A stretch of DNA of 64,000 bases from an uncultured Myxococcales bacterium (lineage in GTDB: Bacteria > Myxococcota_A > UBA9042): positions 140,268 to 204,267 of the forward strand of contig CAIMLR010000039.1 of the NCBI GenBank assembly GCA_903842345.1, read 5' to 3'. Positions 38,365 through 48,210 of this stretch are shown piece after piece. Both the position numbers and the translations under genes were made by a program. How positions within the stretch are numbered: the stretch's first letter is position 1; the number at the start of each line of letters is the position of its first letter. Below the pieces are notes generated by a model. That model did no database searches, was not told where the DNA came from, and was given only the letters and a program-made list of their open reading frames with translations.

Positions 38365-39508
38365 GATGCTACAGCGTGAAGACATTCATCAGGAAATTCA
38401 GGATCTGCAGGAGAGGCTGCCGCCGCCGCAGCGCCGGGGTCGGCTGGTGCCGTATCGGCGGCGGGGCGTGATGGCGATTCCGGCATTCAAGATGCGCGCG
38501 GGCGGCGATCCGGCGACCGACGGCCGCGCGCAGTCGTGGAAGTTGCTGCACAAAGCGACGCAGACGGCGGCGGATTGCTTTTTCTACGACCTGGAGGACG
38601 CAGCGCCAGACCATCCCGAGTTCAAGGCGTACGCCCGGCAGTTTTGCGCGGAGGCGTTGCAGCAGTTCGATTTTGCCCAGCGCATCGTGGCGTTCCGGCC
38701 CAATGACGTGCGGTCGCGCTATTTTGAGGACGATTTGGTCGACGTGCTGACGGCGGCGGGTCACAGGCTCCATGCGCTTGTCATCGCCAAGACGGAGGAT
38801 GCCGACGAAATCGCGGCGATCGCCCGGCTGGTGGCGCAGATCCAGCGGCATGCCGGCCACGACAATCGGCCGATGCTGGAAGTGCTGATCGAGAGCCCGC
38901 GGGCTTTTGCCCAGGCGCAGCAGATCGCGGCGATTCCGAGCGTGGCGTCGCTGACGTTTGGCGCGTGGGATTTTGCCCGGATGGTCGGCGGGGAAGTGCG
39001 CGCCCAGTCGTGGACGGCGGATCTGGCGGCGGTGCGGCAGCTGCTGCCGGTGATCGCTGCAAGCGAAGGCAAGGACGCGGTGGACGCGGTGACCGCCATG
39101 CTGCCGATCCGGCCGACGGGACAGCCGGGGACGCCCGAGCACAGCGCACAGGTGCAGGCGCGCGCGGAGGCGCTGGCGCTGGCGGCGCGTGACGCCGAAA
39201 ACGCCAAGGTGCTGGGCTTCGCCGGCAAGTGGGTGCTGCACCCGGATCAAGTAGCGCCGATTCAGGACGCGTGGCTGCCGACGCGGGCGCGCGCGCTGGC
39301 GGCGCTGACGCTGGCGGTGCAGTACGCGCGGGCCGCCCAGACGGGCTCTGGCGCCGAGTTGACCGGGACGCAGCTCGCCGATCGCGCGGTGATCGGCGCG
39401 GATTGGTGGCTCGTCGAAAATGCCCTTACAGGCGGCGTGCTGACGGCGGCGGAATGTGAGGCGCCAGGCGTCGCGTTGGCGGCGCTGCGGGCGATCGCGG
39501 GCGCGTGA
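38365..39508 (+). CDS. HpcH/HpaI aldolase / citrate-lyase beta (CitE)-like protein, divergent from the BMC-P pair.
   Basis: FFYDLEDAAPDHPEFKAYAR (equivalent to the LDLEDAV motif) and GFAGKWVLHPDQV (equivalent to a CitE-like GxxGKxxIHP motif). Start ambiguous (ATG 38365, 38472 or 38490). The track ORF from 38051 overlaps the BMC-P genes and is too long. Confidence 0.65.
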
Positions 39509-39511
39509 GTC

Positions 39512-40348
39512 CTACAGTCCGCACAACGACGGCGCACACTTGGCCGAGTTGGCGTTGCAGGCGAAACCGACGGCGCATTCGTTGTCGGCCTTGCAGGTGA
39601 CCCCGGACTTGCCGCCGCCGTCCCACGGCTCGCAGGCAAAACCGGAGCTGCACTTGAAGCCCTGGGCGCAGGCGTCGGAGAGTTCGCACGTGCTGTTGCG
39701 CTTGCCGCAGACGGTGGCGCGGGTCACCTTGGTGTTCAGGCAGTCCAGGTCAATGCTGCACGGCTTGCCCAGGTTGCAGCCATCGCCGTCCGCGCCGGCC
39801 TTGCGGCACGCATAGCTGTCCGTCGTGACGGGATCACAGCGCCCGCCAAAACTGTCGCACGCGATGGGCGCCGTTGCGGTGCAGGTGTCGCCCTTGGACG
39901 CGCTGTCCAGCCACGCCAGCAGGCATTGCCGGCGTGCGGCCTGGATTCCCAGGTAGTCGCAACCCGTCGCCGCGGCATTCAGGGCGGCGTGGCACGCCTT
40001 GCCGCGCGTCGCATCCAGCTTGACCACGCCCGCCGCGCTGGCGTCGTCAATGCCGGCAAAGCCGACCTTCAGGCACGCCGCCGTCTCGTTGGCGACGCAA
40101 TCCGCGCTGGTCCCGGCCTGACAGCAGGCCATGGCCGTGATGCAAACCTGCGATGCAATGTCCGCGCACATCTGCGCGGCCGGGCTGAGTTGCACCGCAA
40201 CGTCGGCACCGGTATCCAGCGGACCCGCCGCGTCAAAGCCGGCATCCGCGGGGGCGACATCCGCCGCAGCGTCGATCGCCGCCTCCGTCGCCGCCTTGGA
40301 TCCGCACGCCGCAAGCAGCGCAAGCGCCAGGAACAATCGCTTCGTCAT
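39512..40348 (-). CDS. Cys-rich secreted lipoprotein, hypothetical.
   Basis: Lipobox LALALLAA|CGS. 30+ Cys in 278 aa in short C-x-C-type modules. No enzymatic motif. Confidence 0.55.
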   Translation of the reverse strand: MTKRLFLALALLAACGSKAATEAAIDAAADVAPADAGFDAAGPLDTGADVAVQLSPAAQMCADIASQVCITAMACCQAGTSADCVANETAACLKVGFAGIDDASAAGVVKLDATRGKACHAALNAAATGCDYLGIQAARRQCLLAWLDSASKGDTCTATAPIACDSFGGRCDPVTTDSYACRKAGADGDGCNLGKPCSIDLDCLNTKVTRATVCGKRNSTCELSDACAQGFKCSSGFACEPWDGGGKSGVTCKADNECAVGFACNANSAKCAPSLCGL

Positions 40349-40361
40349 CGTCGCCTCGTCG

Positions 40362-40865
40362 CTAGATTTTGCCGCCGTTGGTGATCCAGCGCTGGGTGAA
40401 ATCGGCCGCCTGCTGGTAGCTCTTTTCCACGTCGGCGATGATGCCCTTCTCGATCAAGCTGTTGATCATGAAGTTGACCGAGACGCTGACGCTGCCATCG
40501 ACGCGCCGCACCACGGCGTTGCCGTCCTGGCGAAACGAAAACGTGCCGTTGGACGCGATCTTGTCGGGCATGATGCCGGAGATGGTCTTCCAGGTGCCGC
40601 GGAAACTGCCGAACGTGTAGTCGCAGTGCTCCACGTAGACGATCTTGCTGCTGCCAATCACCTTGGCTGCGGGCGCGGGCAGCTCGCGATCCGGGCTGAC
40701 GCGCACCTGGCGATGGAGTTTCTCGCCCTGATGGTCCAGCTTGACCAACGTGCGCTCCAGCTTGACGGTCTGGCACAGCGCCTCGTTGAAGGCCTCGTCA
40801 AAATAGAGCTTCTCATAGTCCGCGAGCGTGATGCCGGAGAACCGGTGTTCGACCTGAAATTGCAT
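40362..40865 (-). CDS. Hypothetical protein (SRPBCC/DUF2505-like fold suspected).
   Basis: 167-aa ORF tightly packed with its neighbours. Family assignment is from overall resemblance only. Confidence 0.45.
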   Translation of the reverse strand: MQFQVEHRFSGITLADYEKLYFDEAFNEALCQTVKLERTLVKLDHQGEKLHRQVRVSPDRELPAPAAKVIGSSKIVYVEHCDYTFGSFRGTWKTISGIMPDKIASNGTFSFRQDGNAVVRRVDGSVSVSVNFMINSLIEKGIIADVEKSYQQAADFTQRWITNGGKI

Positions 40866-40883
40866 GCTTTCCTCCAGAAGGTG

Positions 40884-41807
40884 TCAGTTGGGCGGTTCGG
40901 CTTCGCGCACTTCCAAGTGCAATTCGGCCTGCAGGCCATCGGCGGTGCGTTGGATCTCCAGCGCCATGGGAACTTGGCCCGGGCCGCACGCGTGGACGAA
41001 GGGCCGGATCCCCTCGGCATTGGTGCCGCATGCCGTCGCGGCGGCCGTCCGCAGCGCTTCGCTGGGGTCGTGGATCAGCACGCTGAGCTGCGCGAGGCCC
41101 TCCGGCAGCAGCCACGCGGAGACCGCCAGCGGCGCTTCGAGTTCGCGCAGGATCGCCCGCCGCAGCGGCTCCGGCAGCGTCTGCGCGCCCAGCGTCTCAA
41201 ACAGGATGAGCGTCGCCGCCAACTGCTCGTGGGCCATGCCGTCGGGCAGCGGCAACGTCAAATCCGTGTACGGCGCCGCGGCGTTGACCGATCGGCGCAG
41301 GCCAAGGCAATGGTCAATGCCGCGTTCGGCCGCCCACTGCAGCAGCGCGTCCAGCGCGTCGCTCGGCGGCAGCAGGCCGAGGACGTCTTTCAGGTGCATC
41401 GGCGAGGGCAGGAACCAGCCGCCATCCACGCCCTGCGGGCCGATCTCCAGCCACGAACCCAGCACGACCGGGTCGAGCGTGGCAAGCGCTTCATCCAGCG
41501 CCGCAAGCTCGCTCGGCGCACCGCCCGCCAGCGACAGGAACGCGCGGGTCGATTGCGCCATCCGCAGCGTCGCGCCCGCCGCCCGCAGCGTCAGGCGTTT
41601 CTGATCCAGCGTCACGCTCGCCGCCAGCGCCATGTCCGGCCACTGGCCCATGAGCGGCGCCGGCAGCGCTTTGAGCCACACGTTGATGGCCTCACGCTCT
41701 GCGGACGAATGCCCGGGCAGCAGCGCGATGGCGTTCAGGAGTTCTTGGCGGGGATCGTCGGGTTGCAGCATGGGGTCCGAAGCATAGCGGTCATGCGGGA
41801 TTCGCAA
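40884..41807 (-). CDS. Hypothetical protein.
   Basis: 307-aa ORF. Its start overlaps the batA-like gene's stop. No recognizable motifs. Confidence 0.4.
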   Translation of the reverse strand: MRIPHDRYASDPMLQPDDPRQELLNAIALLPGHSSAEREAINVWLKALPAPLMGQWPDMALAASVTLDQKRLTLRAAGATLRMAQSTRAFLSLAGGAPSELAALDEALATLDPVVLGSWLEIGPQGVDGGWFLPSPMHLKDVLGLLPPSDALDALLQWAAERGIDHCLGLRRSVNAAAPYTDLTLPLPDGMAHEQLAATLILFETLGAQTLPEPLRRAILRELEAPLAVSAWLLPEGLAQLSVLIHDPSEALRTAAATACGTNAEGIRPFVHACGPGQVPMALEIQRTADGLQAELHLEVREAEPPN

Positions 41808-43959
41808 AAGTCCTCGCGGGCCGTCCGAGCATCCCGCCGCGCAGAATCAGCACGCCCTCAAAAAGCAGCAGCCCCAGCAGGATCAGGATCACGCCCGACC
41901 ACGCCGGCGACTTGGCCACGTGGCGCGTCGACTTGCGGTCCGCGGAGTCCGCCATCAGCAGCGCGCCGGTCTTGGCCGGCACCAGCCGACTCTCGCGCAG
42001 CGGCGGCACCGTCACGAGCAGCCGGGAGGTCAGCGCGGTACCGTTCTTGAGTTCCGTCGCCGTGTAGCGCCCCGGCTCGTCCAAGCCGGTGACCTGCCAC
42101 GAATGGCCGCGCTGCGCCGCTGCGGGCAGGGAAAGCGTCGGCGCGACCGGGCCAAACGGCCGCGAATCCAGCTTGACCTCCAGATCGGTCGCGCGCTCGT
42201 CGCGGCCCAGCACGGCGACATCGCCGACCTCGACCGCGCCGCGCCGCTCCAGCCCGCGGTCGCCGGCGAGACTCCGCACCACTTCACTGACCAGCGGCAG
42301 GAAACCGGGCTGCAGCGCCAGATCGGCCCAATCCAGGTCGATCGTCGTCGTCAGGAGCGCGACCTGCCCGCGCCCCTTGGGCGACAGGACGAGCGCGGGC
42401 GCGCCATCGGCATAGCGCAGCACTGCTTGATCGGCCAGCGTAAGTGAAGGCTCCAGCAGCGCGTGCCGCCGCACGGTCACGGCGCCAAGCGTGTCGCCCA
42501 CCGATGCCGCCAACGCCGTCCGCAAGCGCTGGACCGACGCGGTCACTGCGGAATGCGGGCTGTTCGGCTCCACGCGCAGCGCCGTCGTGGGCCTTTGGCG
42601 CTGGCCGGCACTCGACTCCGCGGCGCGCTGGCCATAGACGCGCACAGGCAGCAGGCCCGGCAGCCAGCTCGCGGGATCCGCCGGCAGGTTGTCGCCAACG
42701 GTCAGCAGCAGCCCTTTGCCGGCCAGCACGGACGCCTCGATGCCCGCCGCGAGCTCCGCCGACAGCTCCGCAACGTTGGCCAGCACCAGCACATCGTAGT
42801 CGCGCAGCGCCTCAACGGACAGACTCGGCAGTTGCAGCGTGTCGGCCGTGAGCGCACCGGGCCGATCCGCGCTCAATTCCAGGGCGCGCGCCAGGAACCA
42901 CGCCTCATCGTCCCGCGGAACGGGCCGCGGCGCGCCGTTGATGATCGCCACGCGCACGCCCGCCGCGCCGTCCAGCCGCACTTGCCGGTAGTTGTCGACG
43001 TCCAGCGCGTCGTCGGGCAGGCGAATTTCTGCCATGGGCGCCGACGCCGTCACCTGAAAACTGCGCTGCGCCGTGCCGCCGACAGGCAACTCCACCAGGC
43101 TCTGCCACTCGCGTTCGGCCACTTTCACCGTCAGATAGCCGCGGTAGGGCCGCTCGCCGTAGTGCTGCACGGTCACGTCCAGACGCACCTGATCCGGGCC
43201 GCGATCGGTCTGCGGCACGACGACGGCGTCGGTAATGGCGGCGTTTTCGCGCGATCCGGGCTCTACGCGGTCCACGCGCACCCGCACGGGCACGCCCGCA
43301 CGCGTCTGGGACGGCAACGCGACGCCCTGCCAGCCGCTCGCCTGCAGATCCGTCAGCACCAGCAGGCGCCTGTCGTCCAGGTCCGCGGTTTGCAGCACGT
43401 TGTCCGCCAGCGCCAGCGCGCGCGCCGCGTCGTCCTTGCGCGGGCGGTGCGGCAGCAGGCGGATGGCGTCCAGCACGGCGCTGCGATCGCTTGTCAACTG
43501 CCGGGTCAGGAGCCGCGCCGGAAAGCCGGAAGCGACGACGGCCACCTTGGAGCCGGCGGGCAGACGCTCCACGGTCACCAACGCGCGGGCGCGGAGGCGA
43601 TCAAACACCGTCTCGGAGCCGCTCGTGCGGGCCCGCGTGGACATGCTGTCGTCCAGCACGATGACGGCGGCCACGGGGCGGTCGCCCGTATCAATGCCTT
43701 CAGCCGCGGCGCCGGGCAACGCAATCATCGGCCGGGACAGCGCGATGGCGACGAGCGCCACGGCCAACGCGCGCACTGCCACAAGCAGCCACTCGTTGAC
43801 GCGCAGCGCCCGTGCCTCGCGCGGGTGACTCGCCAGGATGAACGCCAACGCGGCAAACCGGATCGTCGGCGCGTGCCGGCGGCCAAAAAGATGCAAAGCG
43901 ATCGGCAGACCTGCTGCGAGCAGGCCGATCAGCATCCACGGGTTGCCGAAATCAATCAT
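41791..43959 (-). CDS. BatA-like aerotolerance protein: N-terminal double-TM domain plus VWA domain, large membrane protein.
   Basis: N-terminal MIDFGNPWMLIGLLAAGLPIALHL (Bat N-terminal TM pattern). VWA DxSxS motif (VLDDSMSTRA). Downstream of moxR and DUF58 as in bat operons. Confidence 0.65.
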   Translation of the reverse strand: MIDFGNPWMLIGLLAAGLPIALHLFGRRHAPTIRFAALAFILASHPREARALRVNEWLLVAVRALAVALVAIALSRPMIALPGAAAEGIDTGDRPVAAVIVLDDSMSTRARTSGSETVFDRLRARALVTVERLPAGSKVAVVASGFPARLLTRQLTSDRSAVLDAIRLLPHRPRKDDAARALALADNVLQTADLDDRRLLVLTDLQASGWQGVALPSQTRAGVPVRVRVDRVEPGSRENAAITDAVVVPQTDRGPDQVRLDVTVQHYGERPYRGYLTVKVAEREWQSLVELPVGGTAQRSFQVTASAPMAEIRLPDDALDVDNYRQVRLDGAAGVRVAIINGAPRPVPRDDEAWFLARALELSADRPGALTADTLQLPSLSVEALRDYDVLVLANVAELSAELAAGIEASVLAGKGLLLTVGDNLPADPASWLPGLLPVRVYGQRAAESSAGQRQRPTTALRVEPNSPHSAVTASVQRLRTALAASVGDTLGAVTVRRHALLEPSLTLADQAVLRYADGAPALVLSPKGRGQVALLTTTIDLDWADLALQPGFLPLVSEVVRSLAGDRGLERRGAVEVGDVAVLGRDERATDLEVKLDSRPFGPVAPTLSLPAAAQRGHSWQVTGLDEPGRYTATELKNGTALTSRLLVTVPPLRESRLVPAKTGALLMADSADRKSTRHVAKSPAWSGVILILLGLLLFEGVLILRGGMLGRPARTFANPA

Positions 43960-43971
43960 CCCGGCTTGCTA

Positions 43972-44553
43972 TCAGCCCAGGTTGGCGTTGGCAAATTCCC
44001 AGTTGACCAAGCTGTCGAGGAACGTCTCCGCCCACTTCTGCCGCAGGTTGCGGTAGTCGATGTAGTAGGCGTGCTCCCACACGTCGATCGTGATGATCGC
44101 GGTCTGACCAGCCTTCATCGGCAGGTCGGCGTTGGACGTCTTGGTGATCTTCAGCTTGCCGCCGTCGAGCACGAGCCACGCCCAGCCGGAGCCGAACTGG
44201 CCCATGGCGGCCGCGATGAACTCGGCGCGAAACGCGTCGTAGCTGCCAAAATCGGCGTCGATCTTCGCGGCGATCTTGCCGGTTGGCTTGCCGCCGCCAG
44301 CGGGCTTCATGCTGTTCCAGAAGAACGTGTGGTTCCACACCTGCGCGGCGTTGTTGAACACCGGGCCGTCCGACGACAAGATGATCTGCTCCAGCGTCTT
44401 GGTGCCGTCAGCCTTGCCGTCGTCGATGAACTTGTTGAGGTTCACGACGTAGGCATTGTGGTGCTTGCCGTAGTGGTACTCGAGCGTTTCAGCAGTCAGG
44501 TACGGGGCAAGCGCGTCTTTGGCGTAGGGCAGCGGTGCGAGGGTGATGGCCAT
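43972..44553 (-). CDS. sodA: Fe/Mn superoxide dismutase.
   Basis: Start at the Met at 44553 (MAITLAPLPYAKDALAPYLTAETLEYHYGKHH). Metal-ligand motifs (HH…, NNAAQVWNHTFFW, DVWEHAYY) match Fe/Mn SOD. Confidence 0.9.
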   Translation of the reverse strand: MAITLAPLPYAKDALAPYLTAETLEYHYGKHHNAYVVNLNKFIDDGKADGTKTLEQIILSSDGPVFNNAAQVWNHTFFWNSMKPAGGGKPTGKIAAKIDADFGSYDAFRAEFIAAAMGQFGSGWAWLVLDGGKLKITKTSNADLPMKAGQTAIITIDVWEHAYYIDYRNLRQKWAETFLDSLVNWEFANANLG

Positions 44554-44667
44554 GGAAATCTCCTGATAGGGGTAAACTGGACTGCGCAACGATTTAGGTC
44601 ACACGCGCCCGCTTGGCAAGTGTCCGAGCGAAAGAGGTCGGAGTTGTTGGCGAACGGGGTCGCGGCG

Positions 44668-45846
44668 TCAGCCCTCGTCGGCCAGCAGCACGTCCGTGTC
44701 AACGCCGCCATCGCCATACGCGCCCGCGTCGAGCACCGGATCGGCGCGCTTGCGCAAACGCGCGGTCGCCCGCAGCACTTGGCGCATCACGCCGCGCGGA
44801 TCGATCGACGTATCGACCTGCAGATAGCCAAGGCCGCCGTGGGTCGTGAGCGTCCGCAGCCGCTCACAGTGCTGCGCCATCAGCCGCTGGAAAGCCGGTC
44901 GGGTCAGCCGCGGATCCGTCAGCCGGCGATCGTCGGTCTCCGGGCAGACAAGCGTCGTCGGACCGTGGAAATCCAGATCGCGCTCGCGCGGATGCAGCGT
45001 GTGCAGCAGCAGGACGTCCAAGCCGGTGCGCTTCAGGTCATAGAGCGGCTCGACCGCCAACTCCGGCGCGACAAGGGCGTCCGTCGCCACCACCGCCACA
45101 CCGCGGCGATCCATGCCGCGCCAGGATGCCGGCCCCAGATGGTCCAGCCCCGCCTGACCGCTGGGCACGATGCCCTGCAGACGCTCGCAAATTTGGCTGA
45201 ACTGGCGCAGGCCTGAACCGGTTGGGACGTTCAGCTCCGGCCGGCCAATCACGACGAGCGCGACCGCGTCGCCCTGCCGCACGAGTACCAGCGCGAGGAC
45301 AGCCAGGAGCAACCGCACGGCGTCGAATTTGTCGCTCTGGCCGTCGGCAAAAGCCATGGACGCCGATGCATCCAGCACCAGCGTCAGGCTCGCGTGCACT
45401 TCCTGCTCGTAGCGCTTGATGTAGTAGCGGTCCGTGCGCGCCCACGCTTTCCAGTCCAAGTGGCGCAGATCGTCGCCCGGCGCGTATTCCTTGTGGTCGC
45501 TGAATTCCACGCCGCCGCCGCGCCGCAGGGATCGGTGCAGGCCGCCGGGCTGGCCATCGTCCACCTGCCGCGCCGGCAGCTGCAGCGGCCCGAGGCCCGC
45601 GAGCACTTCCGTGGCGCGCTGCGCCAGGGTCTGACGCTCGACGGCGTCGTCGGCAAACCAGTTCAATTGAGCGTTCCAGGCTTTTTCATGCAGCGCGTCG
45701 TGACCGCGCGGCGCCGGCATGCGCTCCAGGCGACCGCGATCGCGCGGCTTCTGCGGCTGGGTCGGCGCCGACGCCTGCGGCCGGTGCCGTGCTTGCAGCC
45801 ACCGCCCCAGGCCGCCGCCCAAGCCGCCAAAGCCGCGATCCGCCAT
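44668..45846 (-). CDS. DUF58 protein (VWA-like), MoxR operon partner.
   Basis: GGGVEFSDHKEYAPGDDLRHLDWKAWARTDRYYIKRYE is the DUF58 hallmark. 4-nt gap from the moxR stop. Confidence 0.75.
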   Translation of the reverse strand: MADRGFGGLGGGLGRWLQARHRPQASAPTQPQKPRDRGRLERMPAPRGHDALHEKAWNAQLNWFADDAVERQTLAQRATEVLAGLGPLQLPARQVDDGQPGGLHRSLRRGGGVEFSDHKEYAPGDDLRHLDWKAWARTDRYYIKRYEQEVHASLTLVLDASASMAFADGQSDKFDAVRLLLAVLALVLVRQGDAVALVVIGRPELNVPTGSGLRQFSQICERLQGIVPSGQAGLDHLGPASWRGMDRRGVAVVATDALVAPELAVEPLYDLKRTGLDVLLLHTLHPRERDLDFHGPTTLVCPETDDRRLTDPRLTRPAFQRLMAQHCERLRTLTTHGGLGYLQVDTSIDPRGVMRQVLRATARLRKRADPVLDAGAYGDGGVDTDVLLADEG

Positions 45847-45849
45847 GGG

Positions 45850-46845
45850 CTAGGCCGTCACGGAAGCGGGAATCTCCGCCAGCAGGCGCTCGACAAGCTT
45901 GCGACCGTCCATGCCCTCGGCTTCTGCGCGGAAGCTCGGCACGACGCGATGCGCCACGGTCGCGACCGCCAGCGACCGCACGTCGTCCAGGCTCACCGTG
46001 GCGCGGCCCATCAGCACCGCGCGCGACTTGGCGGCCAGAATGATGCACTGCGACGCCCGCGGGCTCGCGCCGTACGCCAGCAGCGGCCGGAGTCCCGGCG
46101 GGCACATCGCGTCATCGGGTCGCGTGGCGCGGACCAACTTCACCGCGTACTGCAGCACGTGCTCAGCCACCGGCACCGCGCGCGCCAGCGCTTGGATGCG
46201 CAACACCTGCGCGCGGGTCAGCACGGCCTCCACCTTCGGCTGTTCGACACCCGTGGTCCGCCGGACGATCTCCAGCTCTTCTTCCCACGCCGGATAATCA
46301 AAGTGAATCGCCAGCATGAACCGGTCCAACTGCGCTTCCGGCAGCGGGTACGTGCCGTGCTGTTCAATCGGATTCTGCGTCGCCAGCACCAGGAACGGCT
46401 CATCCAGCCCGTGCTGCACGCCGCCGACGGTCACCTTGCGTTCCTGCATCGCCTGCAGCAGGGCCGCCTGGGTCTTGGGCGGCGTGCGGTTGATTTCGTC
46501 CGCCAGCAGGATCTGGGCAAAAACCGGCCCGGGGATGAAGCGGTAGACGCGGTGCCCGGTCGCGCGCTCTTCCTCCAGCACTTCCGTACCCGTCACGTCC
46601 GACGGCATCAGGTCCGGCGTGAATTGAATGCGGCCGAACTTGAGCTGCAGCGTTTCCGACAGCGTCTGGATGAGCAGCGTCTTGGCGAGACCCGGTACGC
46701 CGATCGACAGCGCGTGGCCATTGGCGAACAGCGCGGTCAACAGGAGGTCAATCACCTGATCCTGGCCGACCACGCGCTTGCCAATCTGCGCCAGCACGCG
46801 TTCGCGCGCCGAGCGGGCAAATTCCAGCGCTTCGAGGTCGTCCAT
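45850..46845 (-). CDS. moxR: MoxR-family AAA+ ATPase.
   Basis: From the Met at 46845: MDDLEALEFARSARERVLAQIGKRVVGQDQVIDLLLTALFANGHALSIGVPGLAKTLL (Walker A), ILLADEINRTPPKTQAALLQAMQE (Walker B / sensor). The longer ORF runs to 47124. Confidence 0.85.
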   Translation of the reverse strand: MDDLEALEFARSARERVLAQIGKRVVGQDQVIDLLLTALFANGHALSIGVPGLAKTLLIQTLSETLQLKFGRIQFTPDLMPSDVTGTEVLEEERATGHRVYRFIPGPVFAQILLADEINRTPPKTQAALLQAMQERKVTVGGVQHGLDEPFLVLATQNPIEQHGTYPLPEAQLDRFMLAIHFDYPAWEEELEIVRRTTGVEQPKVEAVLTRAQVLRIQALARAVPVAEHVLQYAVKLVRATRPDDAMCPPGLRPLLAYGASPRASQCIILAAKSRAVLMGRATVSLDDVRSLAVATVAHRVVPSFRAEAEGMDGRKLVERLLAEIPASVTA

Positions 46846-46924
46846 CGTCGCTTCCGGAGCCGTGAAATTTTCCGTCGTTGCGGCGCTGTCCACTGCGGGC
46901 CTCAAAGTTGGGTGCGCACGGCCG

Positions 46925-47863
46925 TCACTGGCTGGTCGGGCGCAAGAGCACGCCCAACGTGATGCCGATGACTTCCGTGGTTGTCTTGCTGCCAAACAGC
47001 GTCTGGCTCGCCAGTTCCGTGTAGAAACCGACCAGGCGTTCCGCCGGCCGCCAATGATAGCGCAATGCCGGCGCGAGCGCACCGACAACGCTGTCGTCAC
47101 CCGTATCCAGCGCCACGCCGCCACCGATCAGCAGGTCCAGGCCATGGTCACCCCACTGCCCGCCAATGCCGGCGCGCAGCAGCGTGTACGGATTCCAGCG
47201 GTACGCGCCGTTGTCGGGACGCTGCCAGCCGCCAAACAGCCCGCCAACACGCAGCCCATACGGCAAATCCAGTTCAATGCCCATCGCGATGCCGATGTGC
47301 GCCCACGGCGGACCCCAATCGTTCTTTGTCGGCAGCGAGCCGTGAACGCCGATGAGGTACGACATCCGCTGCGGCAAATCACTGTGCACGCGCGGCGGCG
47401 GGGCAAACCGCGGCAGGTCCGTCGGGGTTACGCCCAGCGGCGCCAGCACGGCGTGATTCTCCACCTGCGGCGTCCAATCGAGCGCGTCCGTCTGCGCCGC
47501 CAGCAGCGCCGCGGTGTAGTCCTGATAGACGTTGGGCGGCGTTGTCGCGCGTTCCAGCCGATTGTGCGGCGACAGGTTCAGCCACGCGGCAAAATGCTGG
47601 CGCGCCGCGTCATGCTGGTCCAGGCGCGCGGCGGCAAACGCCAGGAGGCGGAATTGCTCGGATTCCTGACCGGGCGCAACAGCCGCGCCGCTGAGAACGC
47701 GCAGCACGCAGGCCAAATCGCCGGTCGCGTAGCATTGCTGCGCCTCCGCGATGGCGTCGCGCACTGGCGGTTTCGCGGCAAAAGCCGGCACCGCCAGTGC
47801 GCAAACGCACAGACTCAACAGCACGCGCCGGACGCGGCTGGTCATCGCGAAAGGACGGGGCAT
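46925..47863 (-). CDS. Hypothetical secreted protein (signal peptide; possible beta-barrel), first gene of the moxR operon.
   Basis: Signal peptide LLSLCVCALAVPAFAA. Gly/aromatic-rich C-terminal half. Confidence 0.5.
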   Translation of the reverse strand: MPRPFAMTSRVRRVLLSLCVCALAVPAFAAKPPVRDAIAEAQQCYATGDLACVLRVLSGAAVAPGQESEQFRLLAFAAARLDQHDAARQHFAAWLNLSPHNRLERATTPPNVYQDYTAALLAAQTDALDWTPQVENHAVLAPLGVTPTDLPRFAPPPRVHSDLPQRMSYLIGVHGSLPTKNDWGPPWAHIGIAMGIELDLPYGLRVGGLFGGWQRPDNGAYRWNPYTLLRAGIGGQWGDHGLDLLIGGGVALDTGDDSVVGALAPALRYHWRPAERLVGFYTELASQTLFGSKTTTEVIGITLGVLLRPTSQ

Positions 47864-48160
47864 TTAGGCCGGGAACTCTTCAGACACGGACTTCTCCAGC
47901 TTCTGCTGGATCATGCCCTTGGCCATCTTGGCGGCAAAGCCCTTGAGCTCGATTTCCGCCTTGATTTCGCTGTCCGACACGCCAAACTGGGCGGTGAACA
48001 TCTTGCCTTCCGCGGTCGCGCTGCGCTTGTCGTCCGCCCAGGTCACGGTCTCGATCATGTTGCCGTACGACTCCTGGAACTTGCCGACCAGCGTGTGCAG
48101 CTTGGTGGTGGCGAGTTCGGTCGGGAAGCTGTGCTTGCGGGTCAGATTGCAGTCGGCCAT
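47864..48160 (-). CDS. Small protein resembling the 'polyhydroxyalkanoic acid system' (PHA_gran_rgn-like) family.
   Basis: 98 aa. Spaced pattern E.LA..L…Y……W.D……G……V….V…LKGFAAKMAKGMIQQKL resembles that family. Assignment from memory. Confidence 0.4.
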   Translation of the reverse strand: MADCNLTRKHSFPTELATTKLHTLVGKFQESYGNMIETVTWADDKRSATAEGKMFTAQFGVSDSEIKAEIELKGFAAKMAKGMIQQKLEKSVSEEFPA

Positions 48161-48210
48161 GACATACTCCTTGTGGACAAAAAGCTACGGAAAACAGTGA
48201 CATGCAACGG

